Positions 19,164 through 27,624 of a stretch of 64,000 nt of DNA are shown here, one piece after another (within the stretch, counting starts at the first letter, position 1; every line of letters starts with the position of its first letter). Location of the stretch: contig CAWGJN010000001.1 in the NCBI GenBank assembly GCA_963822925.1, positions 345,622 to 409,621 of the forward strand, given 5' to 3'. Below the pieces are notes generated by a model that searched no databases, was not told where the DNA came from, and saw only the letters and a list, made by a program, of their open reading frames with translations. The DNA comes from an uncultured Gemmatimonadales bacterium. GTDB lineage: Bacteria > Gemmatimonadota > Gemmatimonadetes > Gemmatimonadales > GWC2-71-9. The translations under genes were made by a program, and so were the position numbers.

Positions 19164-19856
19164 CTAATTGACCGTCACCGTGCCGGACATGCCGCTCACC
19201 GTGCCGGGCGAAGGATTGGCCCCGTGCGCCGCGCAGAAGAACCTGAAGGTTCCCGCCGACGGGAATGTCGCGCTGAAGCTCTGGGGCGCATTGAGGAGCG
19301 CCGGCAGACCCGGGCTGGCTGGCAGCGCCGACGCGTTCCCGACATCGGGAGTCACGTTGTGACCGATTGCGCCGGTTGCCCACACGAAGAGCACTGACTC
19401 TCCAGCGTTGATGGTGATGGTTGCGGGCGAGAAGGTCTGCGCCCCGCCTGGCGCCACGGTGATGGTGGGTACTGCCCCCGACGTTGCCGTAAACGTGACC
19501 GGCGAGCCAGAGGCACCGGACAGCGACGCCGTAGCGGTCTGCGCGCCGCCTGCGGCACCAAGCGTCCAGGTAGCTGTGGCAACTCCGCTCGCGTCGGTGG
19601 CACCACCGGGTGTGAGCGTGCCGCCATTCGCTGTAGCCCAGGTGACCGTCACGCCCGACTTCGCCATACCACCTTCGGTCACCGCCACGCGCAGTGGGTT
19701 GGCGAGCGCCACGCCGGCCGTGCCGGCCTGCGCGTCACCACTGTTGGTGGCTGTCTTCGCAATGGCCAGCGTGCTGGGCGAGCCGCCATCATCGCTGCAA
19801 GCGCAAAGCGTGACGGCGAAAGCGAGGCCAGCCAGGGCCAATGAAATTCGTTTCAT
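19164..19856 (-). CDS. lipoprotein with bacterial Ig-like (Big_1-like) domain and C-terminal type-1 copper cupredoxin domain
   Basis: ATG at 19856 (MKRISLALAGLAFAVTLCAC lipobox). Cupredoxin ligand pattern GHNV ... FFCAAH ... GMSGTVTV. Confidence 0.65.
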   Translation of the reverse strand: MKRISLALAGLAFAVTLCACSDDGGSPSTLAIAKTATNSGDAQAGTAGVALANPLRVAVTEGGMAKSGVTVTWATANGGTLTPGGATDASGVATATWTLGAAGGAQTATASLSGASGSPVTFTATSGAVPTITVAPGGAQTFSPATITINAGESVLFVWATGAIGHNVTPDVGNASALPASPGLPALLNAPQSFSATFPSAGTFRFFCAAHGANPSPGTVSGMSGTVTVN

Positions 19857-20003
19857 GATCGCGCCCTCGTATGCGGGGTGGGACATGTCGACAACTGCCG
19901 CGGGGAGCAAGACGAATACCCGCCCATCCTTGTACCTGCGAGACACTTGCCTTGATGCAGCCCGTGACGCGGGCGAATCACCCTGCCGCTGCCGATCGTG
20001 ACC

Positions 20004-20860
20004 TCAGCGCGGCGGCCCCGTTTCCACGGGCAGCTCTTTCCGCTGGCCCCACTCCGTCCACGAACCGTCGTACAGTGTACCGCCGGTGATGCCGAGCACA
20101 TCCATCGCGAGCAGCAGGCTGCATGCGGTGACACCCGATCCGCAGGACGCGATCACGGACGACGGCCATCAATACCGGCTTCCATCAGCATCTCGCGCAA
20201 CTCCGCATCTCTACGGAGCAGCCCGCTGCCGTCAACGAGACTGGCGTAGGGGACGTTTCTGCTGCCGGGAATGTGACCACCACGAATTCCAGCGCGCGGC
20301 TCGGGCTCGGTGCCCTCGAAGCGGCCGCGCGATCGCATGTCGACCACCTGCGCGGTTCCGTCGCGCTGCGCCTCGATCACCTCCGCGACACTCCGCAGCA
20401 GTTGCGGATGCAGAACGGCATCAAAATGACCACGCGATGGCGTCACGGCGTCGCCGCGTTCGATACTTCCCCCTGCGGCCCTCCACGCCCCGAGTCCGCC
20501 ATCGAGCACTGACACCGCATCATGGCCGAAGGCACGGAACATCCACCACACCCGCGGCGCGCTGAAGTTGTTGCCCGAGGCGTCGTACACGACGACGTGA
20601 TCGGTGCTCGAGACGCCAAGCCGCGACACAACGTCGGCGAACTGCGCAGCGGGCGGAAAGGTATGTGGCAGCGGTGAGGAGGCATCGCTCGCGGCATCGA
20701 TGCTGAAGAGCTGCGCGCCCGGCACGTGTCCCTCCCGAAAGTCGGCCCTGGGATCACGGTTCATCGTCGTGAGGTACCAGGACGCATCGAGAATGCGGAG
20801 ACGGGGTTCATGCAGGCGGTCGAGAAGCCACCGGACGGGAACTACGGATGGGATCGGCAT
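20004..20860 (-). pseudogene. sseA: 3-mercaptopyruvate sulfurtransferase, split by a 1-nt frameshift
   Basis: The 5' part lies in frame 20153..20860. The 3' 50 codons (20004..20156) lie in another frame and carry the catalytic loop VIASCGSGVTA and the YDGSWTEWG motif. Confidence 0.75.
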
Positions 20861-20924
20861 GCTCGAAGTTACTTTCGCTTTGAGCGCATGATCCGGGTAG
20901 CCGGGCCCGGGCGAGTTCGCTAAC

Positions 20925-21971
20925 GTGTGCTCCATGCAACACGTTCCTGATCCCCGCACCGCCTGGCGGGCCGTGGAGGCGCGCGACGCCCGCTCCGATG
21001 GCCGCTTCGTCTACGCGGTACGCTCGACGGGGATCTACTGCCGGCCAAGCTGCCCGTCGAGGCGGCCGCGCCGGGACCGGGTGGAGTTCTTCGCCGCACC
21101 GGGCGATGCGGAACGACGCGGATTCCGGGCCTGCCGGCGCTGTCGTCCGGAACGGAGTGAAGCGCCGCTCGCCGAGCGGGCGCGCGCCATGATCGATGCG
21201 GCCGGTGGAACCAACGTGCCGCTCGCGCGGCTGGCATCGGAACTGGCTGTGAGCCCGGCGCACCTGCAGCGCACCTTTACGCGAGCACAGGGCATGAGTC
21301 CACGCGCCTACGCCGAACGCGTCCGCAGCGAGCGGATGCGGCAGTCGCTGCGCGCGGGGCAGCAGGTGAGCAAGGCTACGTACGATGCGGGTTTCAAGTC
21401 GAGCAGCCGGGCCTACGCCGCGTCGGCGCGTGCGCTCGGCATGACACCAGGTAGTTATCGCCGGGGAGGCGCAGGCATGGAGATCCAGTACACGCTCATC
21501 GACTCGTCGCTTGGCCGCCTGCTGGTGGCACGTACCGATCGCGGCATCTGTGCCGTCTATCCCGGCGACAACGATGCCGCGCTCGAACGCCAGCTGGCCG
21601 ACGAGTTTCCGCGCGCCGAGCGCCGCAAGCTGTCAGCGTCGTTCGCCGAAGCACGGCAAGTGCGCGATGCGCTCGACAAGGGCGCGAAGGAACTGCCACG
21701 GTTCGACCTGAACGGCACCGACTTCCAGCGACGGGTGTGGGCCGCGCTGGCCGGCATTCCGTCGGGGCAGACCCGCACCTACAGCGAAGTAGCGAAGTCG
21801 ATCGGGCGCGACGGCTCCGCACGGGCGGTGGCGCGCGCATGTGCCACGAACAACGTGGCGGTGCTGGTGCCGTGCCACCGCGTAATTCGAAGTGATGGCG
21901 GAATGGGCGGATACCGGTGGGGCCTGGAGCGGAAGGAAAAGCTCCTGGGACGGGAGAGCGGGAAGACGTAG
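20925..21971 (+). CDS. ada: bifunctional Ada: methylphosphotriester-DNA methyltransferase/AraC-type regulator plus O6-methylguanine-DNA methyltransferase
   Basis: N-Ada Cys cluster (YCRPSCPS ... FRACRRCRP), AraC HTH, and C-terminal PCHRVI. The start is either GTG 20925 or ATG 20934. Confidence 0.85.
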   Translation: MCSMQHVPDPRTAWRAVEARDARSDGRFVYAVRSTGIYCRPSCPSRRPRRDRVEFFAAPGDAERRGFRACRRCRPERSEAPLAERARAMIDAAGGTNVPLARLASELAVSPAHLQRTFTRAQGMSPRAYAERVRSERMRQSLRAGQQVSKATYDAGFKSSSRAYAASARALGMTPGSYRRGGAGMEIQYTLIDSSLGRLLVARTDRGICAVYPGDNDAALERQLADEFPRAERRKLSASFAEARQVRDALDKGAKELPRFDLNGTDFQRRVWAALAGIPSGQTRTYSEVAKSIGRDGSARAVARACATNNVAVLVPCHRVIRSDGGMGGYRWGLERKEKLLGRESGKT

Positions 21972-22073
21972 TTCCGTGAGAATGCGAGGGTTGAAGTGAC
22001 GCCGGGACAGAGGGTTAGACGTTCCAATGCACTACGTTCTCGCGCTCTTTCGGACTGCCATCATGACGCCTTA

Positions 22074-22102
22074 TTGACGCCCCGCCCGACAGCCCCTACG
22101 CT
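22074..22102 (+). promoter_or_regulatory. candidate sigma70-type promoter TTGACG-17 nt-TACGCT
   Basis: TTGACG at 22074-22079 and TACGCT at 22097-22102. AGGAGG RBS and the ATG at 22120 follow. Confidence 0.4.
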
Positions 22103-22119
22103 ACAGGCAGGAGGACACT

Positions 22120-23643
22120 ATGCTCGCATTCCTGCTTGCCGCCTCGGTGATGACCACCGATCCTCCGGCACCGGTTTCCGTCTCGCTCAACCAGAACGGA
22201 CGTTACCTGCCTGGATCAGGGGTCCAGGTTACCGTCCTGCCCGGTTCCGATGGCTACCTGCTGGTTCTCAACGCCGATCCTGATGGCCGCGTGCGGGTGC
22301 TCTTCCCACTCGACCCGACCGACGACGCGTTCGTCAGGGGCGGAAAGAAATACCAGCTCGAAAGCCGTGGCGGTAGGAACACCGCGTTCGTGGTGGACTG
22401 GGCGAGCGGTAGCGGAACCGTTTTCGCGGCGCTCTCCAAGGATCCGCTGCAGCCCGGCGACTTCGCGCTCAACGGCCATTGGGATTACCGGAACTTCAAG
22501 CTCGATAGCGACGACGACGAGCTGGCTCTGCGCACACTCGCGGAGCGCATGGCCCCTGGCGGCGTGCAATATGACTACCTGCCCTATTTCATCGCCTCCG
22601 CCACCGACGTCGTGGCCGACGGGGACGCCACGGTGGTGGCGCTCGGAGTGGGTGGTGGCTGCTGGGACTGCGGCTATTGGGGTGCAGGTTGGGGCGGCTG
22701 GGGCTGGGGCTTCAGTATCGGCTGGGGATGGGGCAGCCCCTGGTGGGGCTACTACCCATCGTATCCCTACTATCCCTACTACCCCTATTACCCCGGCTAC
22801 GGGGGGTATCCGGGTTATCCCGGCTATCCCGGTTATCCCGGCTATCCCGGCTATCCCGGCTATGGCGGGCAGATGACGCCGTACCGCGAGCGGACGCTCA
22901 CGCGGACCTGGAACGGCCAGCCGTATCCGGGGACCACGCAGGCCGCAGCGGGTGGAGTCGGCGTCCAGGGTACGCTTGCGGGCGCGCCCAATTCGCCGGG
23001 TGGTGGTTACCGCAATCGCAGCGAGACGGTGGGCGTGCAGGGCGGACTCACGAACCCGGCGGCGGCGACGCGACGGCAAACAAACGGCATGACGTCCACG
23101 ACCGCCGGCGCCGCATCAATGGGCAATGCGTCACGGCGGTTCGAGAGCGGCCAGATGAGCGCAGCCGGCAACGCGAACCGGGTGACATCTGCGCGCGGAG
23201 ACCGCGTCGCGTCGACGCAGGCATATGCTGGACGGCGGCAGACCAGCGCGCAGGGGTATCGCGTTCCACTTCGGGGAAATTCTGCCGCCACGTCGGCTGA
23301 CATGGCGCGCCGCTCAGGCGGAACCAGTTCGAGCCGCGCCGGTGCGAGCAGCCCGCGGACGCAGAGTGGCTCGCGCGCGTATAGCGGAAGCCGGAGTGGT
23401 GGCAGCGCCGGGCGGAGCTCACCGGGCTATGGTGGGCGCGCGCCGAGCACCGCTGGCGGAAGCCGCGGCTACACTGGCTCGCGTGGCGCATCGGGCGGCG
23501 GGATGTCGCGAGGCGGCGGTGGCGGCGGCTCACGGGGCATGAGTGGCGGAGGTGGTGGCGGCGGCTCGCGGGGCATGAGTGGCGGAGGTGGTGGCGGTGG
23601 CTCGCGGGGCATGAGTGGCGGAGGTGGCGGCGGGCGTCGGTAG
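22120..23643 (+). CDS. DUF4384-domain protein with aromatic/Gly-rich and Gly/Ser/Arg-rich low-complexity regions
   Basis: N-terminal 'GYLLVLNADPDGRVRVLFP' DUF4384-like domain, then a W/G/Y/P block, a long S/G/R/T-rich region and C-terminal 12-aa repeats. Confidence 0.6.
   Translation: MLAFLLAASVMTTDPPAPVSVSLNQNGRYLPGSGVQVTVLPGSDGYLLVLNADPDGRVRVLFPLDPTDDAFVRGGKKYQLESRGGRNTAFVVDWASGSGTVFAALSKDPLQPGDFALNGHWDYRNFKLDSDDDELALRTLAERMAPGGVQYDYLPYFIASATDVVADGDATVVALGVGGGCWDCGYWGAGWGGWGWGFSIGWGWGSPWWGYYPSYPYYPYYPYYPGYGGYPGYPGYPGYPGYPGYPGYGGQMTPYRERTLTRTWNGQPYPGTTQAAAGGVGVQGTLAGAPNSPGGGYRNRSETVGVQGGLTNPAAATRRQTNGMTSTTAGAASMGNASRRFESGQMSAAGNANRVTSARGDRVASTQAYAGRRQTSAQGYRVPLRGNSAATSADMARRSGGTSSSRAGASSPRTQSGSRAYSGSRSGGSAGRSSPGYGGRAPSTAGGSRGYTGSRGASGGGMSRGGGGGGSRGMSGGGGGGGSRGMSGGGGGGGSRGMSGGGGGGRR
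22761..22866 (+). repeat. in-CDS tandem 9-nt repeats (GGYTATCCC) encoding (YPG)n preceded by (YPY)n
   Basis: Encodes YPSYPYYPYYPYYPGYGGYPGYPGYPGYPGYPGYPGYGG. Confidence 0.8.
23503..23640 (+). repeat. in-CDS tandem 36-nt repeats, about 4 copies, encoding MS(G/R)GGGGGGSRG
   Basis: Near-identical units ATGAGTGGCGGAGGTGGTGGCGGCGGCTCGCGGGGC run up to the stop codon. Confidence 0.85.
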
Positions 23644-23644
23644 A

Positions 23645-23684
23645 GTGCAAGAAGGGCGGACCAATCGGTCCGCCCTTCTTGCAC
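23645..23684 (+). terminator. perfect 18-bp hairpin directly after the stop codon
   Basis: GTGCAAGAAGGGCGGACC-AATC-GGTCCGCCCTTCTTGCAC. No T-tract. Confidence 0.5.
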
Positions 23685-23782
23685 CTGCGAGCGGAGCGCC
23701 GAGCAACCGTGCCCTTCAGAGCCATCTCCCATCCCGCTCGCCGCAGCGACTCAGCGGCGCCAGGCGGCGAGTAGATTGAACC

Positions 23783-24223
23783 ATGCCATCACTCGACACG
23801 CTCATCACCCGCTTCCGCGGCGCCGACCGCAACACCCGCCTCGAGACGCTGCTCGACTACTCGCGCAAACTTCCGCCGCTCCCGCCGGAATACGAAGAGC
23901 TCAAGGCCCAAGGGAGGAACCTGGTACCCGAGTGCCAAACGCCGGTGTACCTGTGGATCGCAGTGGAGGACGGAAAAGTGCGGCTGCACGCCGACGTGCC
24001 GCGCGAGTCACCGACCGTGCGGGGCTTCGTGGCGCTCCTGCTCAAGTCGCTCGACGGGCTGGCGCCGGCCGAGGTGGCCGCGGTACCCAGCGACCTGCTG
24101 GATCAGCTGCAGCTGACCGAGACGCTGGGCATGATGCGGACCCAGGGTCTGACTTCGATCCTCGGCCGCATCAAGCGCGCGGCGGCGAACCCCACCTTGC
24201 AGGACGCCAGTCCCTCAACCTGA
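23783..24223 (+). CDS. sufE: cysteine desulfuration protein SufE
   Basis: 146 aa; persulfide-acceptor loop VPECQTPVYLW. Confidence 0.8.
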   Translation: MPSLDTLITRFRGADRNTRLETLLDYSRKLPPLPPEYEELKAQGRNLVPECQTPVYLWIAVEDGKVRLHADVPRESPTVRGFVALLLKSLDGLAPAEVAAVPSDLLDQLQLTETLGMMRTQGLTSILGRIKRAAANPTLQDASPST

Positions 24224-24440
24224 TGTGGTGCCGTCAAACACTTCCGTTGCTTCCACTCAGCGCGCAATAATCTGCACTTGCGGTACCCATCCGGCAGCTT
24301 GCTGTATCATAACTACATGTTAAACAGTGCTTTAATGTGATCTCCGGCACCCACTGGGAGGCTCGGGTCCAGGCACTGCAATCCGGCGCGCTAGATGCAT
24401 ATGAGAACGAGAGAGTTCAAGCTCTATACATCAACGCCGA

Positions 24441-25847
24441 GTGCTGGACATGTACCGAATCCGCCGGGAATCAGGCGAAGAAGTCAGTCTGGGATCGATC
24501 GATGAGTTTGGCGCGGCCGTCGCTGCCGGCATCGTGACGGCCAAGGCTGAGATCTTCCACGCGCGGGCCGAAAAGTGGCTGCCGATCGCCTCACACCCGC
24601 ACTTCAAGATGGCGCAGGACCGCATCACGGCAGCCGCGGCGCCCAAGGCGCCGGCGCGCGGTCCTGCGGTCACCGCTTCGGGACAGCGACCGGCGATTGG
24701 TGCTTTGGGCCAGCGTCCACCGACACCCGCCCCCGGTCAGCGTCCGGCAGCCACGGTGCCGCCATCGGGTGCGCCCAGCGCGACGCCAGCGGGCGCGTCG
24801 ACAGCGACAGGCACTTCGACGCCGAGGGCACAGGCGCCCCAATTGCGCGTGGTGCGAACGGAAGGCACCGCCTCTGCGACACCGCCAGCGTCCGCTGACT
24901 CTGCCATAAGCCAGAAGCCGGCACCACGTTGGAACAGCGCACAGCGACCTGCCGCGCGAGCCGTGGCACCGAAGCCGTCGACCCCGCCGGCGACGCCCCC
25001 GGGTGACCTGCGCCTGGTGCGCGCCGATGCTCTGGTGAGCAGCGCTGCCACCGCGCCGGCGTTGCCGGAAATGGACTTTGAACTTCTGCCGACGCTGGAG
25101 GCACCAGAGGTCATCGAGCCAGCCGCTGAGCCCGCCGCGCCGGAACCGGTGGCGGCGCACGCGCCTGAGCCCGTCGAAGCGCTGGTGGAACGCGGCCCGG
25201 TCCCGGTCGAGCTGGTGTCACACGAAGGGCGGCCAGCCTCAGCGCGCGGCGAAGTCGAGATCATCAATCCTGACCGTACGATGCCGGTGATGTCGGAGCG
25301 CGAGGTTCCGTCGCTCGAGATTCCGGCACCGATCCACGATTTTGCGCCGACCGAAACGACCATCAAGCCGGTGGCCCGAACACGCTCCAAGGCGCCGCTC
25401 TTGATCGGCGTACTGGTGGCCGCGGCGGCCGCCGTGATCGGGTTCTTCGTCCTCAGGCCCTCGGGCGACGCACCCGCACCGCGCAGCTCCAGCTCGGTCG
25501 CCACGCCGCGCCAGGCGGCTTCCGGTCCCGCAGTGTCTCAGACGACTCCGCCCGCGCCAAACGCCCCGGTAGCGGCCTCGGTGCCGACCGGCGCCTCGAC
25601 GGGACTGGGCGGCGACATACAGACGCGGAAGCCGAAGAGGCAGTCGAGCGACTCGTCGTCGAAGGAATCGATCGGTGACGGGCTCGAGCCACCGCCAGCG
25701 GTGTTGCCGGCCGCTCCGAAGCTCGGAAAGATCGGCGATGCGGCCGCCCTGCCGACTGTTGAAACGGGTGCGACCCTGAAGATGCTTGACCGTGCCAACG
25801 CGCTCGAGCGGCAGCGCCGGCTCATCGATTCGAGCATGCGGCAATAG
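24441..25847 (+). CDS. hypothetical Pro/Ala-rich single-pass membrane protein
   Basis: GTG at 24441 (ATG at 24450). Small folded N-terminal domain, P/A-rich linker, TM APLLIGVLVAAAAAVIGFFVL, and a low-complexity C-terminal half. Confidence 0.5.
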   Translation: MLDMYRIRRESGEEVSLGSIDEFGAAVAAGIVTAKAEIFHARAEKWLPIASHPHFKMAQDRITAAAAPKAPARGPAVTASGQRPAIGALGQRPPTPAPGQRPAATVPPSGAPSATPAGASTATGTSTPRAQAPQLRVVRTEGTASATPPASADSAISQKPAPRWNSAQRPAARAVAPKPSTPPATPPGDLRLVRADALVSSAATAPALPEMDFELLPTLEAPEVIEPAAEPAAPEPVAAHAPEPVEALVERGPVPVELVSHEGRPASARGEVEIINPDRTMPVMSEREVPSLEIPAPIHDFAPTETTIKPVARTRSKAPLLIGVLVAAAAAVIGFFVLRPSGDAPAPRSSSSVATPRQAASGPAVSQTTPPAPNAPVAASVPTGASTGLGGDIQTRKPKRQSSDSSSKESIGDGLEPPPAVLPAAPKLGKIGDAAALPTVETGATLKMLDRANALERQRRLIDSSMRQ

Positions 25848-25864
25848 TGGCCGCCCTGGCCGCG

Positions 25865-26497
25865 CTACACCACCCGGCCCGAGACGACGTCAGCTGACGT
25901 CACCAGCTTGACCCCGCGGCGCTCCCAGTCACTGAGGAGCGCCGCCGTGTTTTCAGGGACTATGGCACGAGTGGCGTCGGTAACGAGGTGAATACGCGCC
26001 GTTGGCCGGTGACGCAGCAATCCCTCGATCGCGTAGCGATTGCATACGTCGAGCGCCACGCCATAGAGCACGATGTCCGAGGGGTCCAGCAGGTCGAGCA
26101 GCGGCAGCACATGGGGATTGGTGAACACATCGAACCAGTGCTTGTGCACGAGGAAGTCACCCCGGTGTTCCCGCACGCCAGCAGGCAGCGGCAGATCGGG
26201 CTCGATCACCAGGGGGTCGCGAAGGGCGCTTTCGGGAATCTTTCGCTGGCCGGGTGTGCCGCGCATGCAGTGCTCGGGAAAGGACTCCGCGAAATCGGGC
26301 GTCTCGCTCAGCTCGCGGTGTCCCGGCTCGTGGTCGTCGGCGCTGGCGACGATGCGGATGCCGCGCGCATGGGCATAACCGGTGAGGACGGCGAGGACCG
26401 GGATGATCGCCTCGCTGTCGCTGACGTAGAGCTTTCCCGTGGCGCGCATGAAGTCATGCTGGGTGTCGACATCCCAGAAAAGCGGCCGTATGGTCAT
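25865..26497 (-). CDS. isochorismatase-family cysteine hydrolase (nicotinamidase-like)
   Basis: 210 aa with an isochorismatase-like pattern. It lies downstream of the NAPRTase-like gene on the same strand. Confidence 0.6.
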   Translation of the reverse strand: MTIRPLFWDVDTQHDFMRATGKLYVSDSEAIIPVLAVLTGYAHARGIRIVASADDHEPGHRELSETPDFAESFPEHCMRGTPGQRKIPESALRDPLVIEPDLPLPAGVREHRGDFLVHKHWFDVFTNPHVLPLLDLLDPSDIVLYGVALDVCNRYAIEGLLRHRPTARIHLVTDATRAIVPENTAALLSDWERRGVKLVTSADVVSGRVV

Positions 26498-26556
26498 CGC
26501 GCCCCGCTTTCAACAGCGTGAGGAGGAAGCGCGAGTGCGTGAAGTGGAACAACGCC

Positions 26557-27624
26557 TCACGTCACGCGCTCCAGGCGAGGATTCGGCCGATAACCGCGGC
26601 CAACCTTGGCGCACGGCTTTCCGTCAAGAAGCACCACGTCGGCGGTGAAGTCGAAGCGGCCCTCGAAGAGCGACGAGCCAACGCCGTACGCGTCCACCGG
26701 CACCGCCAGCTGCTCGAACTCGCGGATCTTGTCCACCGTGAATCCGCCCGATACCACGATGCGCACGTGCCCGAAGCCGCGCCGGTCGAGCGCGGCGCGA
26801 ACGTTCTCAACCAGCCGTGGATTGACGCCGGTCGGCCGGAAGCGCCCCATTTCCTCGAACAGCGAGCGGTCCACCAGCATCTCGCTGGTGTCGATCCGCA
26901 CCCCATAGAGCCGGTCGCCCAGCGCCTCGGCCACTTCGAGCGAGGTGCGCACGCAGTCGTTCTCGAAGTCGACCAGCGTCACCAGGCGTACCGACGTGGG
27001 CATGTACTGGGCGAACTTCTGCGTGGCGCGCACTGTGTCGCCGCCATATGCCGCGATCAATCCGTGTGGCACCGTGCCCACGCCTTCGCTGCCCCACCAG
27101 CTGGCCTGCGCATCAGTGGACACGCCGATGGCGCCGGCAATGTGCGCCGCGTACCCGTCTCCCGTCTGGACCAGCCAATGGTCATGCCGGGCCGGAAAGA
27201 ACATCACTTCCTTGGGCGCGGCCGCCTCCACCACCCGCCGCGTATTGGTGCCGACCTTCGTGCGCCGAGCCAGCACGCCGAGATAAAGCGTCTCGAGGTG
27301 GACGAATGTGTCGTAAGGTCCCTCGATCAGCAGGACCGTCTCCCACGGCTCCACGGCGTCGCCGTCATGGAGCGCGTGCACGCTGAGCTCGGGCCAACGA
27401 TCGGAACAGAGTTTGAGGATGGCGATGGCCTCGTCGATCCCGCCAAGGAAAGCGTGCTGTTTGCCGAAGACCTGCACAGTGACATGGGGCTTGTCGCCGT
27501 CGGCAAGGAGAATCTCGCGGGTGCGCACGAAGTACTTGTCAGAGTAATACCCGGCGCGCATCCGCTCCACCGGCAGGTTGAAGATCGCGGGGTCGAGACG
27601 TGGGCGATGGCGCGGTTGTGTCAT
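26557..27624 (-). CDS. nicotinate phosphoribosyltransferase family protein
   Basis: 355 aa. N-terminal 'YYSDKYF' and 'GTVPHGLI' type motifs of NAPRTase/QPRTase-fold enzymes. Confidence 0.65.
   Translation of the reverse strand: MTQPRHRPRLDPAIFNLPVERMRAGYYSDKYFVRTREILLADGDKPHVTVQVFGKQHAFLGGIDEAIAILKLCSDRWPELSVHALHDGDAVEPWETVLLIEGPYDTFVHLETLYLGVLARRTKVGTNTRRVVEAAAPKEVMFFPARHDHWLVQTGDGYAAHIAGAIGVSTDAQASWWGSEGVGTVPHGLIAAYGGDTVRATQKFAQYMPTSVRLVTLVDFENDCVRTSLEVAEALGDRLYGVRIDTSEMLVDRSLFEEMGRFRPTGVNPRLVENVRAALDRRGFGHVRIVVSGGFTVDKIREFEQLAVPVDAYGVGSSLFEGRFDFTADVVLLDGKPCAKVGRGYRPNPRLERVT

Noticed and set aside
22761-23640. Tandem repeats as a possible CRISPR array or minisatellite
   Set aside because: The units are directly abutting with no spacers, lie in frame inside a CDS, and encode YPG and Gly-rich peptide repeats. 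They are coding tandem repeats, not CRISPR.
24337-24537. 66-aa ORF in the AT-rich island
   Set aside because: No RBS and no GC3 bias, and its 3' part overlaps the better-supported downstream gene in another frame.
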